A DNA stretch of 64,000 nt, from assembly GCA_964350315.1 (NCBI GenBank), contig CAYGJD010000003.1:15187-79186 (forward strand), given 5' to 3'. Below the pieces are notes generated by a model that searched no databases, was not told the DNA's origin, and saw only the letters and a list, made by a program, of their open reading frames with translations. Positions within the stretch are counted from its first letter, which is position 1; each line of letters starts with the position of its first letter. A program made the translations under genes and the position numbers. Positions 17,906 through 26,561 of the stretch are shown here, piece after piece. This stretch comes from an uncultured bacterium (GTDB lineage Bacteria; Chlamydiota; Chlamydiia; Chlamydiales; 2-12-FULL-49-11).

Positions 17906-19031
17906 CCCTTTTAGCTTGCTTGTCGAAAAATCTGGAGACTATCGCTTTAGTAAATCCTGCTGTTAAGAGGTCTTTTGCTCTCTTAGTATCGATTCCGCGT
18001 GTTCTTAGATAGAAGATCTCATCTTCACTTAATTCTGTCATTGTAGCGCCGTGTGAGGCTTTTACATCATCTGCAAATATTTCTAGATTTGGCTTTGAAA
18101 AAGCACATGCCCCATTATCTAAAATAAGGTTGTTGTTTAACTGGTATGCCTCTGTTTTTTGTGCCTGTGGCTCAATGTAAATTTTACCTTCAAATGTAGA
18201 GAGGCTTTTATCTTTTAGGACACCCTTATAGTGTTGATTTGATCTTGTGTTTGGTGCTTTATGTTCAATTCTAATTTCAGTATGTGAAGAGAGCTTGTCT
18301 TTTAAGAGCCAAACCCCTTGTAAATCAACTTCACTTCTTTCTCCTAAGAGTTCTGCAAACAAATCAGTGCGGCACATAGCGCCCCCTCTATTTGCAAAAT
18401 AGTGCCTGAAAACTGCCCCTTGTTTAACTTGTGCTCTGACGTGCATCATTGAACAAGTTTCACTGCTTCCTTCAAGATTTAGATCGATCATACGACATGA
18501 TCCACCATCTTCTACAACAACATCGATCAAGAAGTTTGAGTTTACTTTTCCTGTGTACTTTCTTTTCAAGACAAGATCAATTGACTTTCCCTTTGCCACA
18601 TAAATCACCATCCGCTTTAAAGATATGGAACCTCTAGTTGTAACAAGGTCTTCTATCCAAACAGGTTCTTGTACATTGCTTGTTACATGAAAGAAAAGTC
18701 CGTTATCACAACAAGCTTCATTCAAAATTGGAAAAATGTTCTTCTCTTTTTGCAAAAACTTTGAGGAAATATTTTGCAAAAACACAGCATATTCATCTTT
18801 TGCCTGTTTAAAAGGCATTGATCGAACACCCTGAGGAAGCCTCTCTTTCAGAACTAATGTTTGTTCGCTTCTCGATCCATCAGAAAAAATAGATTGCACA
18901 TTGTGTCTTTTAAAACTTTCTGTCTTTTTTGTTGGCAAACCAATTTCCCACGCCTTTTCCCAAGCGCGCTTACTTGTCATATTATCTAAGACAAAAGGCT
19001 CCATCATTGATTTAAAGGCTGTATCAGTCAT
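17889..19031 (-). CDS. sufD: Fe-S cluster assembly protein SufD
   Basis: 380 aa, between sufC and sufS. The SufB/D-type C-terminal region includes ADDVKASHGATMTELSEDEIFYLRTRGI. It overlaps sufC by 4 nt. Confidence 0.85.
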   Translation of the reverse strand: MTDTAFKSMMEPFVLDNMTSKRAWEKAWEIGLPTKKTESFKRHNVQSIFSDGSRSEQTLVLKERLPQGVRSMPFKQAKDEYAVFLQNISSKFLQKEKNIFPILNEACCDNGLFFHVTSNVQEPVWIEDLVTTRGSISLKRMVIYVAKGKSIDLVLKRKYTGKVNSNFLIDVVVEDGGSCRMIDLNLEGSSETCSMMHVRAQVKQGAVFRHYFANRGGAMCRTDLFAELLGERSEVDLQGVWLLKDKLSSHTEIRIEHKAPNTRSNQHYKGVLKDKSLSTFEGKIYIEPQAQKTEAYQLNNNLILDNGACAFSKPNLEIFADDVKASHGATMTELSEDEIFYLRTRGIDTKRAKDLLTAGFTKAIVSRFFDKQAKRDVYDI

Positions 19032-19747
19032 CGCATATACCCTTTTTCCTCTAATTCAAGAGCAAGCTCTGCTCCACCTGAACGCTCAATTTTTCCATCA
19101 ATCATCACATGAACAAAATCAGGTTCGATATAATCTAGAAGTCTTTGGTAGTGGGTAATCAAAATCAACGATCGATCTTCTCGTCTATATTGATTCACTC
19201 CATCAGCAACCAATCTAAGTGCGTCAATATCAAGCCCTGAATCTGTCTCATCGAGAATGACACATGTTGGCTCTAAAATCATCATCTGGATAATTTCATT
19301 TCGTTTCTTCTCACCGCCAGAAAAACCATCATTCAAATCACGTTCAAGAAAACTTTCTTTGATTTGCATCATTTCAAGAATTGGAGCTATTTTTTTTCTA
19401 AAATCTTTGAGCTCAATTTTTTCATCCTTTAAAGCATTATATGCCTGTCTAAGAAATTCTAAATTTGAGATCCCTGCAATTTCTAAGGGGTACTGAAAAC
19501 TCATGAAAATTCCACTCTTGGCCCGATCTTCTGGATCCATCTCTAGAATGTCTTCTCCATTAAACTTAATTGAACCTGAAGTAACTTCATACAAGGGGTG
19601 GCCAGCAATTACTTTTGCAAGTGTCGATTTGCCTGCGCCATTTGGCCCCATTATCGCGTGCACTTCACCTTGTTTCACTTTTAATGAAAAGCCATTCAAT
19701 ATGCGAATCCCATCGATTTCACAAACAAGTTTTTCTATCTCTAACAT
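19028..19747 (-). CDS. sufC: Fe-S cluster assembly ATPase SufC
   Basis: 239 aa. The Walker A is GPNGAGKSTL, the signature is FSGGEKKRNE, and the Walker B is ILDETDSGLD. Confidence 0.95.
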   Translation of the reverse strand: MLEIEKLVCEIDGIRILNGFSLKVKQGEVHAIMGPNGAGKSTLAKVIAGHPLYEVTSGSIKFNGEDILEMDPEDRAKSGIFMSFQYPLEIAGISNLEFLRQAYNALKDEKIELKDFRKKIAPILEMMQIKESFLERDLNDGFSGGEKKRNEIIQMMILEPTCVILDETDSGLDIDALRLVADGVNQYRREDRSLILITHYQRLLDYIEPDFVHVMIDGKIERSGGAELALELEEKGYMR

Positions 19748-19748
19748 A

Positions 19749-21176
19749 TTATCCTACGGAGCTTTCTAGCTTTAATGTTAATAATTTTTCAGCCTCAACA
19801 GCAAATTCTAAAGGCATCTTTGAAATCACATCTTTGCAAAAACCATTTACAATAAGATTAATTGCATTTTCCCGTGATATCCCACGTGATTGAAGATAAA
19901 ACAATTGCTCTTCATTCATCTTCGATGTCGATGCTTCGTGTTCAACACTTGCTGCCTCGTTATGCACTTCGATATAAGGAAACGTATTCGCAGAACATTT
20001 GTTCCCAACTAACATTGAATCACACTGAGTGTAATTTCTTGCTTTGTGGGCTCCACCTGCTATCGAAACTAATCCACGGTATGAGTTATGTGACTCATCT
20101 GCAGATATTCCCTTTGAAATGATCGTTGATTTCGTGCGCTTGCCCTTATGAATCATCTTACTTCCAGTATCAGCCTGCATTTTTCCATTTGTCAATGCTA
20201 CTGAATAAAATTCCCCAACCGAATCATCCCCTTCTAAGATACAACTTGGATATTTCCAAGTAATCGCTGCACCAGCTTCGACTTGCGTCCAACAAATTTT
20301 TGATCGATTCCCAGCACAACGACCGCGTTTTGTAACGAAGTTAAATATTCCGCCCTTCCCTGTTTCAGGATCTCCCGAATACCAGTTTTGTACTGTTGAG
20401 TATTTAATCTCTGCATTTTCATGGGCAATTAATTCTACAACTGCTGCATGCAATTGATTCGTATCATATGCTGGCGCAGTACAACCTTCAAGATAGCTTA
20501 CGTATGAATCAGGTTCTGCAATGATCAATGTTCTTTCAAACTGCCCTGTCTCTTTATCATTAATTCTAAAGTATGTTGAAAGTTCAATAGGACAGCGAAC
20601 ACCTTTTGGAACATATACAAATGATCCGTCAGAAAAAACAGCTGAATTAAGAGCCGCATAAAAATTATCCCCAATTGGAACAACGCTTCCTAAATACTTC
20701 TCGATGATTTCAGGATATTTTTGAATTGCCTCACCCATCGGGCAAAGTATCACCCCAGCCTCTTCAAGCTTCTTATTAAATGAGGTAGAAATCGAAACCG
20801 AATCAAAAACAACATCAATAGCAACATTACTCAAACGTTTTTGCTCATCTAAAGGAATCCCCAACCGCTCGAAAGTCTCCAACAATTTAGGATCAACATC
20901 ATCCAAAGAATCAAGTTTTGGCTTGTGTTTTGGCTCACTGAAATAACGAATGTCGTTATAATCAATTTTTGGATAGTGAACATTTGACCACCTCGGCTCT
21001 TCCATTTTAAGCCATTTTTGAAAAGCTTTTAAACGAAAGTTGAGCATGAACTCAGGCTCAGATTTTTTTTTCGAAATTGCACGTACGATATCTTCATTCA
21101 GCCCCTTTTCAAAGGCTTCTGATTCAATATCGGTTACAAATCCCCATTTATATCCCTTGGAAGACTCTTCTAACAA
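19749..21176 (-). CDS. sufB: Fe-S cluster assembly scaffold SufB
   Basis: 475 aa. Its C-terminus [23 protein letters not shown] parallels SufD. It is the first gene of sufBCDS. Confidence 0.9.
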   Translation of the reverse strand: MLEESSKGYKWGFVTDIESEAFEKGLNEDIVRAISKKKSEPEFMLNFRLKAFQKWLKMEEPRWSNVHYPKIDYNDIRYFSEPKHKPKLDSLDDVDPKLLETFERLGIPLDEQKRLSNVAIDVVFDSVSISTSFNKKLEEAGVILCPMGEAIQKYPEIIEKYLGSVVPIGDNFYAALNSAVFSDGSFVYVPKGVRCPIELSTYFRINDKETGQFERTLIIAEPDSYVSYLEGCTAPAYDTNQLHAAVVELIAHENAEIKYSTVQNWYSGDPETGKGGIFNFVTKRGRCAGNRSKICWTQVEAGAAITWKYPSCILEGDDSVGEFYSVALTNGKMQADTGSKMIHKGKRTKSTIISKGISADESHNSYRGLVSIAGGAHKARNYTQCDSMLVGNKCSANTFPYIEVHNEAASVEHEASTSKMNEEQLFYLQSRGISRENAINLIVNGFCKDVISKMPLEFAVEAEKLLTLKLESSVG

Positions 21177-21425
21177 TTGTCACCTCTGATTCAAAAATTG
21201 TGTCTATCATACCCCTTTAGAAAGACATTGTCAATCGAAGTAGAAAAAAAAGCGCTCCTCCATTTAATCAACTCTCTCAATCTAAGCACGGATCTTATGA
21301 GAATCCACCTTGCAACATAAAGACAATTTTTTAAGATTTTGTAAAAAATCTTGTGCAAAAAAATCATTATCTGTTTATCGTCTCAAGTACAAATTTAACA
21401 CATGCCTAAACGGCAAGGAGGTTTT

Positions 21426-22553
21426 ATGGATATAGAAAAAGCTTACAGAAACTGTTGTAAGGTGGCAATAGCTTCTGTAGCAGTAACAACACTATTAAGT
21501 GCATCATCTCTCTATGCAGAAGATGCTACTCCAACAACACTACCAACAGTGGTAGAAGAAACTCCTGCTGAAGATGTGGCCCCAGCTTCAGAAGACGCAG
21601 TTGTAGCAACGCCTGTAACTTTAGATTTCGAAGTTGTTACCGATGACTCGAAAGTCGAAGAAGCAACAACAGTTACAGAAACTCCTGAAGTTGCAGTAGA
21701 GTCTACTGTCGAAGCTGAAACTCCTGTAGTTGTAGTAGAACCTACTGTCGAAGCTGAAACTCCTGAAGTTGCAGTAGAGCCAACAGTTGTTACTGGTGTT
21801 CCAGAAGTTACTCAAGAAACAACGACAGTCACAGAAACAACCGTTGTCACAGAAACTACAACAACAGAAGTTGTAGAAGGCGCAATAGGCCCAGATGCAG
21901 AAATGCTAGTTGGTTATGCAAAAGAAATTATTGAAGCTATCGAAGACAAGCTTGAATGGAAAGACATTCCTGTTGTGATGGAAATGAGCGCAAAAATGCT
22001 TGGTCATTTCTCAAAATTGACAGTTGAAATGAAAAGAGACTGTTTAATCGATGTGTTGAACTACGTGATTGATAACACAGATACTCCGTGGTTACCAGAT
22101 CGCTTGACTGACCCATTTTTTAAGGCTATGATTCCGCCATTTGCCTACATCTTTATTACTGATGATTTCCTAGCAGAAATTGATTTCACAGTTCCACAAG
22201 AACTTGTAGAAAGCAAAGATTTTGTTGGTGTTGCTGAAATGATCAGAGCTAAATTCTCTGATGGATTTCGCTGGTCTGACTTAACATTTGCAATTGGTGC
22301 CGCGTTTACTTTCGGTGAGCAACTCACAGATCTTTCTTGGGAAGAACGTGGTGACGTTATGATTGACTTGGTCGATTATATTGTAGACAACACAGATACC
22401 CCTTGGATGCCAGACAGTTTCTCTGATCCAATTTTCAAGGCTTTTGCCCACACAACTATCCAAGTGATGGTCATGTCTAAGAAAAACGAGGAACTTGGCG
22501 CTGGTGAAGCGGCTCTTTTAGAAGAAGTTGCAGCTTTAGCTAAGAATAACTAA
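21426..22553 (+). CDS. Secreted acidic repeat protein with a duplicated C-terminal DNTDTPW module
   Basis: I chose ATG 21426 with GGAGG 4 nt upstream; the track starts at 21402. The signal-like N-terminus ends VAVTTLLSASSLYA. It has a Thr/Glu/Val/Pro-rich repeat region and two ~75-aa modules, each containing ID..(N/D)Y(V/I)(I/V)DNTDTPW(L/M)PD...DP(F/I)FKA. Confidence 0.7.
   Translation: MDIEKAYRNCCKVAIASVAVTTLLSASSLYAEDATPTTLPTVVEETPAEDVAPASEDAVVATPVTLDFEVVTDDSKVEEATTVTETPEVAVESTVEAETPVVVVEPTVEAETPEVAVEPTVVTGVPEVTQETTTVTETTVVTETTTTEVVEGAIGPDAEMLVGYAKEIIEAIEDKLEWKDIPVVMEMSAKMLGHFSKLTVEMKRDCLIDVLNYVIDNTDTPWLPDRLTDPFFKAMIPPFAYIFITDDFLAEIDFTVPQELVESKDFVGVAEMIRAKFSDGFRWSDLTFAIGAAFTFGEQLTDLSWEERGDVMIDLVDYIVDNTDTPWMPDSFSDPIFKAFAHTTIQVMVMSKKNEELGAGEAALLEEVAALAKNN
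21678..21794 (+). repeat. Three tandem 39-bp (13-codon) repeats inside the coding sequence
   Basis: They encode ETPEVAVESTVEA / ETPVVVVEPTVEA / ETPEVAVEPTVV. The DNA units are nearly identical. Confidence 0.85.
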
Positions 22554-22578
22554 GTATTTCTCAGATAAACGTAATAGA

Positions 22579-22606
22579 GGCGCTGGAACATTCTAGCGCC
22601 TTTTTT
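22579..22606 (+). terminator. Rho-independent terminator
   Basis: GGCGCTGG-AACATT-CTAGCGCC with one mismatch, followed by TTTTTT (22601-22606). It sits between convergent genes. Confidence 0.75.
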
Positions 22607-22609
22607 GTA

Positions 22610-22864
22610 TTATTTTTTCCCTTTCTTTTCCATGGCAGCTCCACAAGTTGTGCACTTGCCTTTCCAAACTATCTTTCCGTCTTTTGTAACTTTTTTAACA
22701 TCTTTCATCTTTCGATTTGCTTTACACTTTGAGCAGTAACCTTCTACTTCTTTTTCTTTTTCTTTTTTCTTTTTTCTTTTTTGCCATACTAAACTCCTAT
22801 TTTTCTGGTAATTACAGAATAACAGAGCAGGCAGAAATGAGCTTAAGTTGCTTATAATAAGCAA
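22610..22864 (-). CDS. Small Lys-rich zinc-ribbon protein (CxxC...CxxC); 5' end ambiguous with a possible frameshift
   Basis: The track ORF (84 aa) starts at a TTG with no SD. The C-terminal part YCSKCKANRKMKDVKKVTKDGKIVWKGKCTTCGAAM is a 4-Cys ribbon resembling DUF5679-type proteins. A strong AGGAG-6nt-ATG at 22787 is in a different frame (see findings). Confidence 0.6.
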   Translation of the reverse strand: MLIISNLSSFLPALLFCNYQKNRSLVWQKRKKKKEKEKEVEGYCSKCKANRKMKDVKKVTKDGKIVWKGKCTTCGAAMEKKGKK

Positions 22865-22876
22865 TGAGACTTGTGA

Positions 22877-23290
22877 CTAGTTTACACCAAGATAGATATC
22901 AACTTCTGAGTCGTTTTTATATTCTTCGTAATCAACGCGATACGAGCGCAACCCTTCTTTGTTTCCCCAGATCATTTTCCACTGATCAATCAGAGCAAGA
23001 GGCATTCTTCCTTTAGCTTTAACAACTTCATATTTGCCTTCAGGAACTTCTCTTAAACTTAAACCTGCTTTGATTTCATCTTGCGTTAGAGTGTGATCAC
23101 CGCGAACTCTTTTACCGACAAGATAGCGATAAGGCTTCATAAAATTCCCTTCATAATTGTCATAGACGGCATACGTTCCAGCCCCATCAACATGTTCCAA
23201 GATTTCATATAAAGCATCCCACAAAGCAGCGATGTCTTGCATAGCGGTTTCTGGCTGAATGATTTTTTCAATCCCTATGACTTTAAACAT
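22877..23290 (-). CDS. GyrI-like / Cass2-type effector-binding domain protein
   Basis: 137 aa. The pattern FKVIGIE...IAALWDALY...YAVYDNYEG...YRYLVGKRV...VPEGKYEVVKAKG...IDQWKMIW...RSYRVDYEEY fits the GyrI-like small-molecule-binding fold. Confidence 0.65.
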   Translation of the reverse strand: MFKVIGIEKIIQPETAMQDIAALWDALYEILEHVDGAGTYAVYDNYEGNFMKPYRYLVGKRVRGDHTLTQDEIKAGLSLREVPEGKYEVVKAKGRMPLALIDQWKMIWGNKEGLRSYRVDYEEYKNDSEVDIYLGVN

Positions 23291-24048
23291 TCTCTCTCCT
23301 TTCTTTCTTCGATGATTAAAACAGCTTTTTTTAAATCTTCGGGCGTATCTATTCCTAGCGTTTCATGACTTGTGACATAGACCCGAATAGGCAATCCATG
23401 CTCCAGGTATGCTAATTGCTCTAATTTTTCAGAGGTTGCAAGGGGGCTATTGGGTAAATTGGCGATTTCTTTTAGAGTTTTATCAGAATATGCATAGATC
23501 CCTATATGCTTTGACGCAAGTGGTTTTATAGAAAAGTCGCCGTCTCGACAAAAAGGAATCGGCAAACGGGAAAAAAAGATCGCGTTGCCTTTGATATCAG
23601 TCACAACTTTTGTCACATTTGGATTATTCAGCTCATCATATGTGAGTGATTTCTTCAATGTCCAAATCCCTACATTGTTTTTTTCATCAATCCCCTGAAG
23701 GAGACTATCGATCATCTCATCTGAAATAAATGGTTCATCTACTTGCCAATTTACCCAGATATCTGAGGTTTTATTACTGTTTTGCACAAGTTCTATCAAG
23801 CGATGCGTTCCAGTAGGACAATCAGGATCTGTCATTACATAACTACCGCCAAAAGATTCGATCTTTTCTTTTGCCTCTTCGCTATCAATTGCAAAAATCA
23901 CTTCATCAAATTTTTGACATTCATTTGCTCGATTCCAAACCCGTTCAAGCAAAGTTTTACCGACTAGATTTGAAAGTATTTTATTTGGCAATCTTGTCGA
24001 ACGGAGTCTTGCAGGAATCACGCAGGTAACTTTCTTTTTCTCAATCAT
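23275..24048 (-). CDS. kdsB: 3-deoxy-manno-octulosonate cytidylyltransferase (CMP-Kdo synthetase)-like
   Basis: 257 aa. The N-terminal motif reads CVIPARLRSTRLPNKIL..L.GKTLLERVW and the VNWQVDEPFIS motif is present. Another sugar-cytidylyltransferase specificity is not excluded. Confidence 0.65.
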   Translation of the reverse strand: MIEKKKVTCVIPARLRSTRLPNKILSNLVGKTLLERVWNRANECQKFDEVIFAIDSEEAKEKIESFGGSYVMTDPDCPTGTHRLIELVQNSNKTSDIWVNWQVDEPFISDEMIDSLLQGIDEKNNVGIWTLKKSLTYDELNNPNVTKVVTDIKGNAIFFSRLPIPFCRDGDFSIKPLASKHIGIYAYSDKTLKEIANLPNSPLATSEKLEQLAYLEHGLPIRVYVTSHETLGIDTPEDLKKAVLIIEERKERECLKS

Positions 24049-25024
24049 TAATCATTCCCTCAATTGATTTTCTCAATCCTTGTGTAAAATTCATTCTTGG
24101 TTGCCAGCCGAGTTCTTTTTTTATTTTTGTGATATCCATTGCATATCTAAAATCATGCCCTGGACGGTCTTCTACGTAAGCGATCTGTCTTTTATACATA
24201 TCGGGATCATCTCCTGAAATTTCTGAAACAGCGTGGATAATTTGATCAATGACAGAAATGTTTGTTTGTTCATTTTCTCCTCCCACGTTGTAGACTTCTC
24301 CCTTTCTTCCCTTTGTCATAATTGTATAAATTGCTTCTGTATGATCGCGCACATAGAGCCAATCACGTATGTTGTTTCCACTGCCATAAATGGTAAGAGC
24401 GTCACCATTAATGCAACGTGAGACCATTTTGGGAATGAGTTTTTCTTCGTGTTGGCACATCCCATAGTTATTTGCCGCGTGGGAAATGGTAAGCTCAAGC
24501 CCAAATGTTCTTCGGTATGACATGACAAGATGGTCTGCTGCAGCTTTTGATGCTGCATAGGGGGAGCTGGGTTTATAATTTGACTCTTCAGTAAAAATCC
24601 CTTCATGTGTTGGCAAATCGCCATAAACCTCATCTGTTGAAATGTAGTGCATATAAATGTGGGGATGCCTTCTAACAACTTCAAGAAGTGAATAGGTTCC
24701 AATAATATTTGTTTCAATAAAGGTCTTTGGTTCATCAATACTTCTATCAACATGTGTTTCTGCAGCAAAATGAACAATCGCTTCAATATGGTGCTCTGTA
24801 ATAATTTTTTCGACTAAATTTATATCGCAAATATCCCCTTTCAGAAACGTATACCTGGGATCATCCTTGATTTGAGCTAGATTATCTAAATTCGCGGCAT
24901 AAGTCAAGAGATCGAGATTTACAATCTTTCCTTCAAAAGGAAGATCTAAAAGAAGGTATCGAATAAAATCCGATCCCATAAAACCAGCACCACCGGTGAC
25001 CAATATATTTCGACGATCTTTCAT
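24041..25024 (-). CDS. rfbB: dTDP-glucose 4,6-dehydratase
   Basis: 327 aa. It has the Rossmann motif VTGGAGFMGS and the SDR catalytic YAASKAAADHLV (YxxxK), with DEVYG upstream. Confidence 0.9.
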   Translation of the reverse strand: MKDRRNILVTGGAGFMGSDFIRYLLLDLPFEGKIVNLDLLTYAANLDNLAQIKDDPRYTFLKGDICDINLVEKIITEHHIEAIVHFAAETHVDRSIDEPKTFIETNIIGTYSLLEVVRRHPHIYMHYISTDEVYGDLPTHEGIFTEESNYKPSSPYAASKAAADHLVMSYRRTFGLELTISHAANNYGMCQHEEKLIPKMVSRCINGDALTIYGSGNNIRDWLYVRDHTEAIYTIMTKGRKGEVYNVGGENEQTNISVIDQIIHAVSEISGDDPDMYKRQIAYVEDRPGHDFRYAMDITKIKKELGWQPRMNFTQGLRKSIEGMIND

Positions 25025-25034
25025 TCATCAATCC

Positions 25035-25910
25035 TTAATCTATGATCCATCCGATTTCTCGCAAATATTCTCTTAAAGCTGCCTGCCAAGATGGAATGGG
25101 AAAAGGCAGGTATTCTTCTATTTTATGAGTTGATAAGACAGAGCGTTTAGGCCGAGCTGCGGCCCTTCCAAATTCTGCACTTTGCATTCCAATGATTCTA
25201 TTGCACTTAATCGCTCGTCCTTTTTCATTTGCATAGTTTTTCACCTCTTCAACAAGCTCAAACCGACTTGCCGTCCCCTTATTTACAAAGTGAAAGATCC
25301 CCTTTTCATTTCTAATTGCCCAAATTGCTTGTACTAAGTGAGGAACGTATGTAGGAGAGCTTGTTTGATCAATAATTCCTTTCGCCTCATCCTTGGTTTC
25401 AAGCATGCGTATAATTCCTGAAACAAGCCCGGGCTTTGCCGCGCCAAAAAGAGACGCTGTTCTTACACAAACCGCTTCAGGATACATCTCGAGCATTTTT
25501 TGCTCACCTTCTAGCTTCGTTATCCCGTATTGATTGATCGGAGAAATAGGATCACTCTCCTCATAATCTGTCTCTTTTTCCCCATCAAATACATAATCTG
25601 TCCCGATATGAATCAGCTTAACTTCATATTCTTTAGCAAGTTCTGCCAAATTTACGACCCCTTTCACATTCACATCATAGGCAAGGTCTTTTTCTTGATC
25701 TTCTGCCAAATCGACATTTACGTTAGCACTGCAGTTGATGATATGTGTTGGGTGGTGCTTGTTAAAAAAGCTTCTAATTGACTCTTTATCAGTAATGTCA
25801 GCTTCCGATCGTGAGGATCCCACGTGGGCAACATTCTTACTTTTAAGAAATTTCATCATCTCAATACCAACAAGACCAAGCTTTGCTACAACCCAAACTT
25901 TTTCACTCAT
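25035..25910 (-). CDS. rfbD: dTDP-4-dehydrorhamnose reductase
   Basis: 291 aa RmlD-type SDR containing IHIGTDYVFDG and YGITKLEGE. It lies between rfbC and rfbB. Confidence 0.8.
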   Translation of the reverse strand: MSEKVWVVAKLGLVGIEMMKFLKSKNVAHVGSSRSEADITDKESIRSFFNKHHPTHIINCSANVNVDLAEDQEKDLAYDVNVKGVVNLAELAKEYEVKLIHIGTDYVFDGEKETDYEESDPISPINQYGITKLEGEQKMLEMYPEAVCVRTASLFGAAKPGLVSGIIRMLETKDEAKGIIDQTSSPTYVPHLVQAIWAIRNEKGIFHFVNKGTASRFELVEEVKNYANEKGRAIKCNRIIGMQSAEFGRAAARPKRSVLSTHKIEEYLPFPIPSWQAALREYLREIGWIID

Positions 25911-26452
25911 AAGATGATCTCCGTAAGTAAAGGCGCTCTTCGATCTCTTTGAGAAATAATAGGTTCACTGATTGGCCAATCTATTCCGATTTTAGGATCA
26001 TCAAAGCGAAATCCCCCTTCTGTTTCTGGATTATATAAAGAGGAAACCTTATAAATCACATGTGCATCATCAGATAAAACACAAAATCCATGCGCAAATC
26101 CTTCAGGCATAAAAAACTGATAATGATTGCCTTCTGTGAGATGAACCATTTCATATTGGCCAAAAGTCGGCGAATGAGGTCGAATGTCAACAGCTACATC
26201 CAGAATTTCTCCCTTAGCGCATGTGATAAGCTTTGCTTGCCCTGGTTGAAAATGCATTCCCCGAATCACATTCTTAAGCGAATAAGAATGATTATCTTGC
26301 GGGAATTCTAAGTCGACACCAAACTCCTCATAACGAGATTTTTGATACATCTCCATAAAAAAGCCCCGCTCATCGCGATGTACTTCTGGTTTTATGAGAA
26401 TCAAGCCATTAATCATACCTCTATTACTAATGATCTCCCCCTCTTTTTGCAA
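25907..26452 (-). CDS. rfbC: dTDP-4-dehydrorhamnose 3,5-epimerase
   Basis: 181 aa cupin containing RGMHFQ, QAKLITCAKGEILDVAVDIR and GFAHGF. Confidence 0.9.
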   Translation of the reverse strand: MQKEGEIISNRGMINGLILIKPEVHRDERGFFMEMYQKSRYEEFGVDLEFPQDNHSYSLKNVIRGMHFQPGQAKLITCAKGEILDVAVDIRPHSPTFGQYEMVHLTEGNHYQFFMPEGFAHGFCVLSDDAHVIYKVSSLYNPETEGGFRFDDPKIGIDWPISEPIISQRDRRAPLLTEIIL

Positions 26453-26561
26453 TCAATTCCAGATAAACATGCAACCTGCTGCAAAGTAAAAACTTATGCT
26501 TTTTCTCTTTTCTCAAATATGGTAGACTTGCCCTTTCTTACATAATAATTATGGAAATATC

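Noticed and set aside
24316-24786. 156-aa minus-strand ORF inside rfbB
   Set aside because: It is an alternative frame of the well-supported dTDP-glucose dehydratase gene and has no independent signals.
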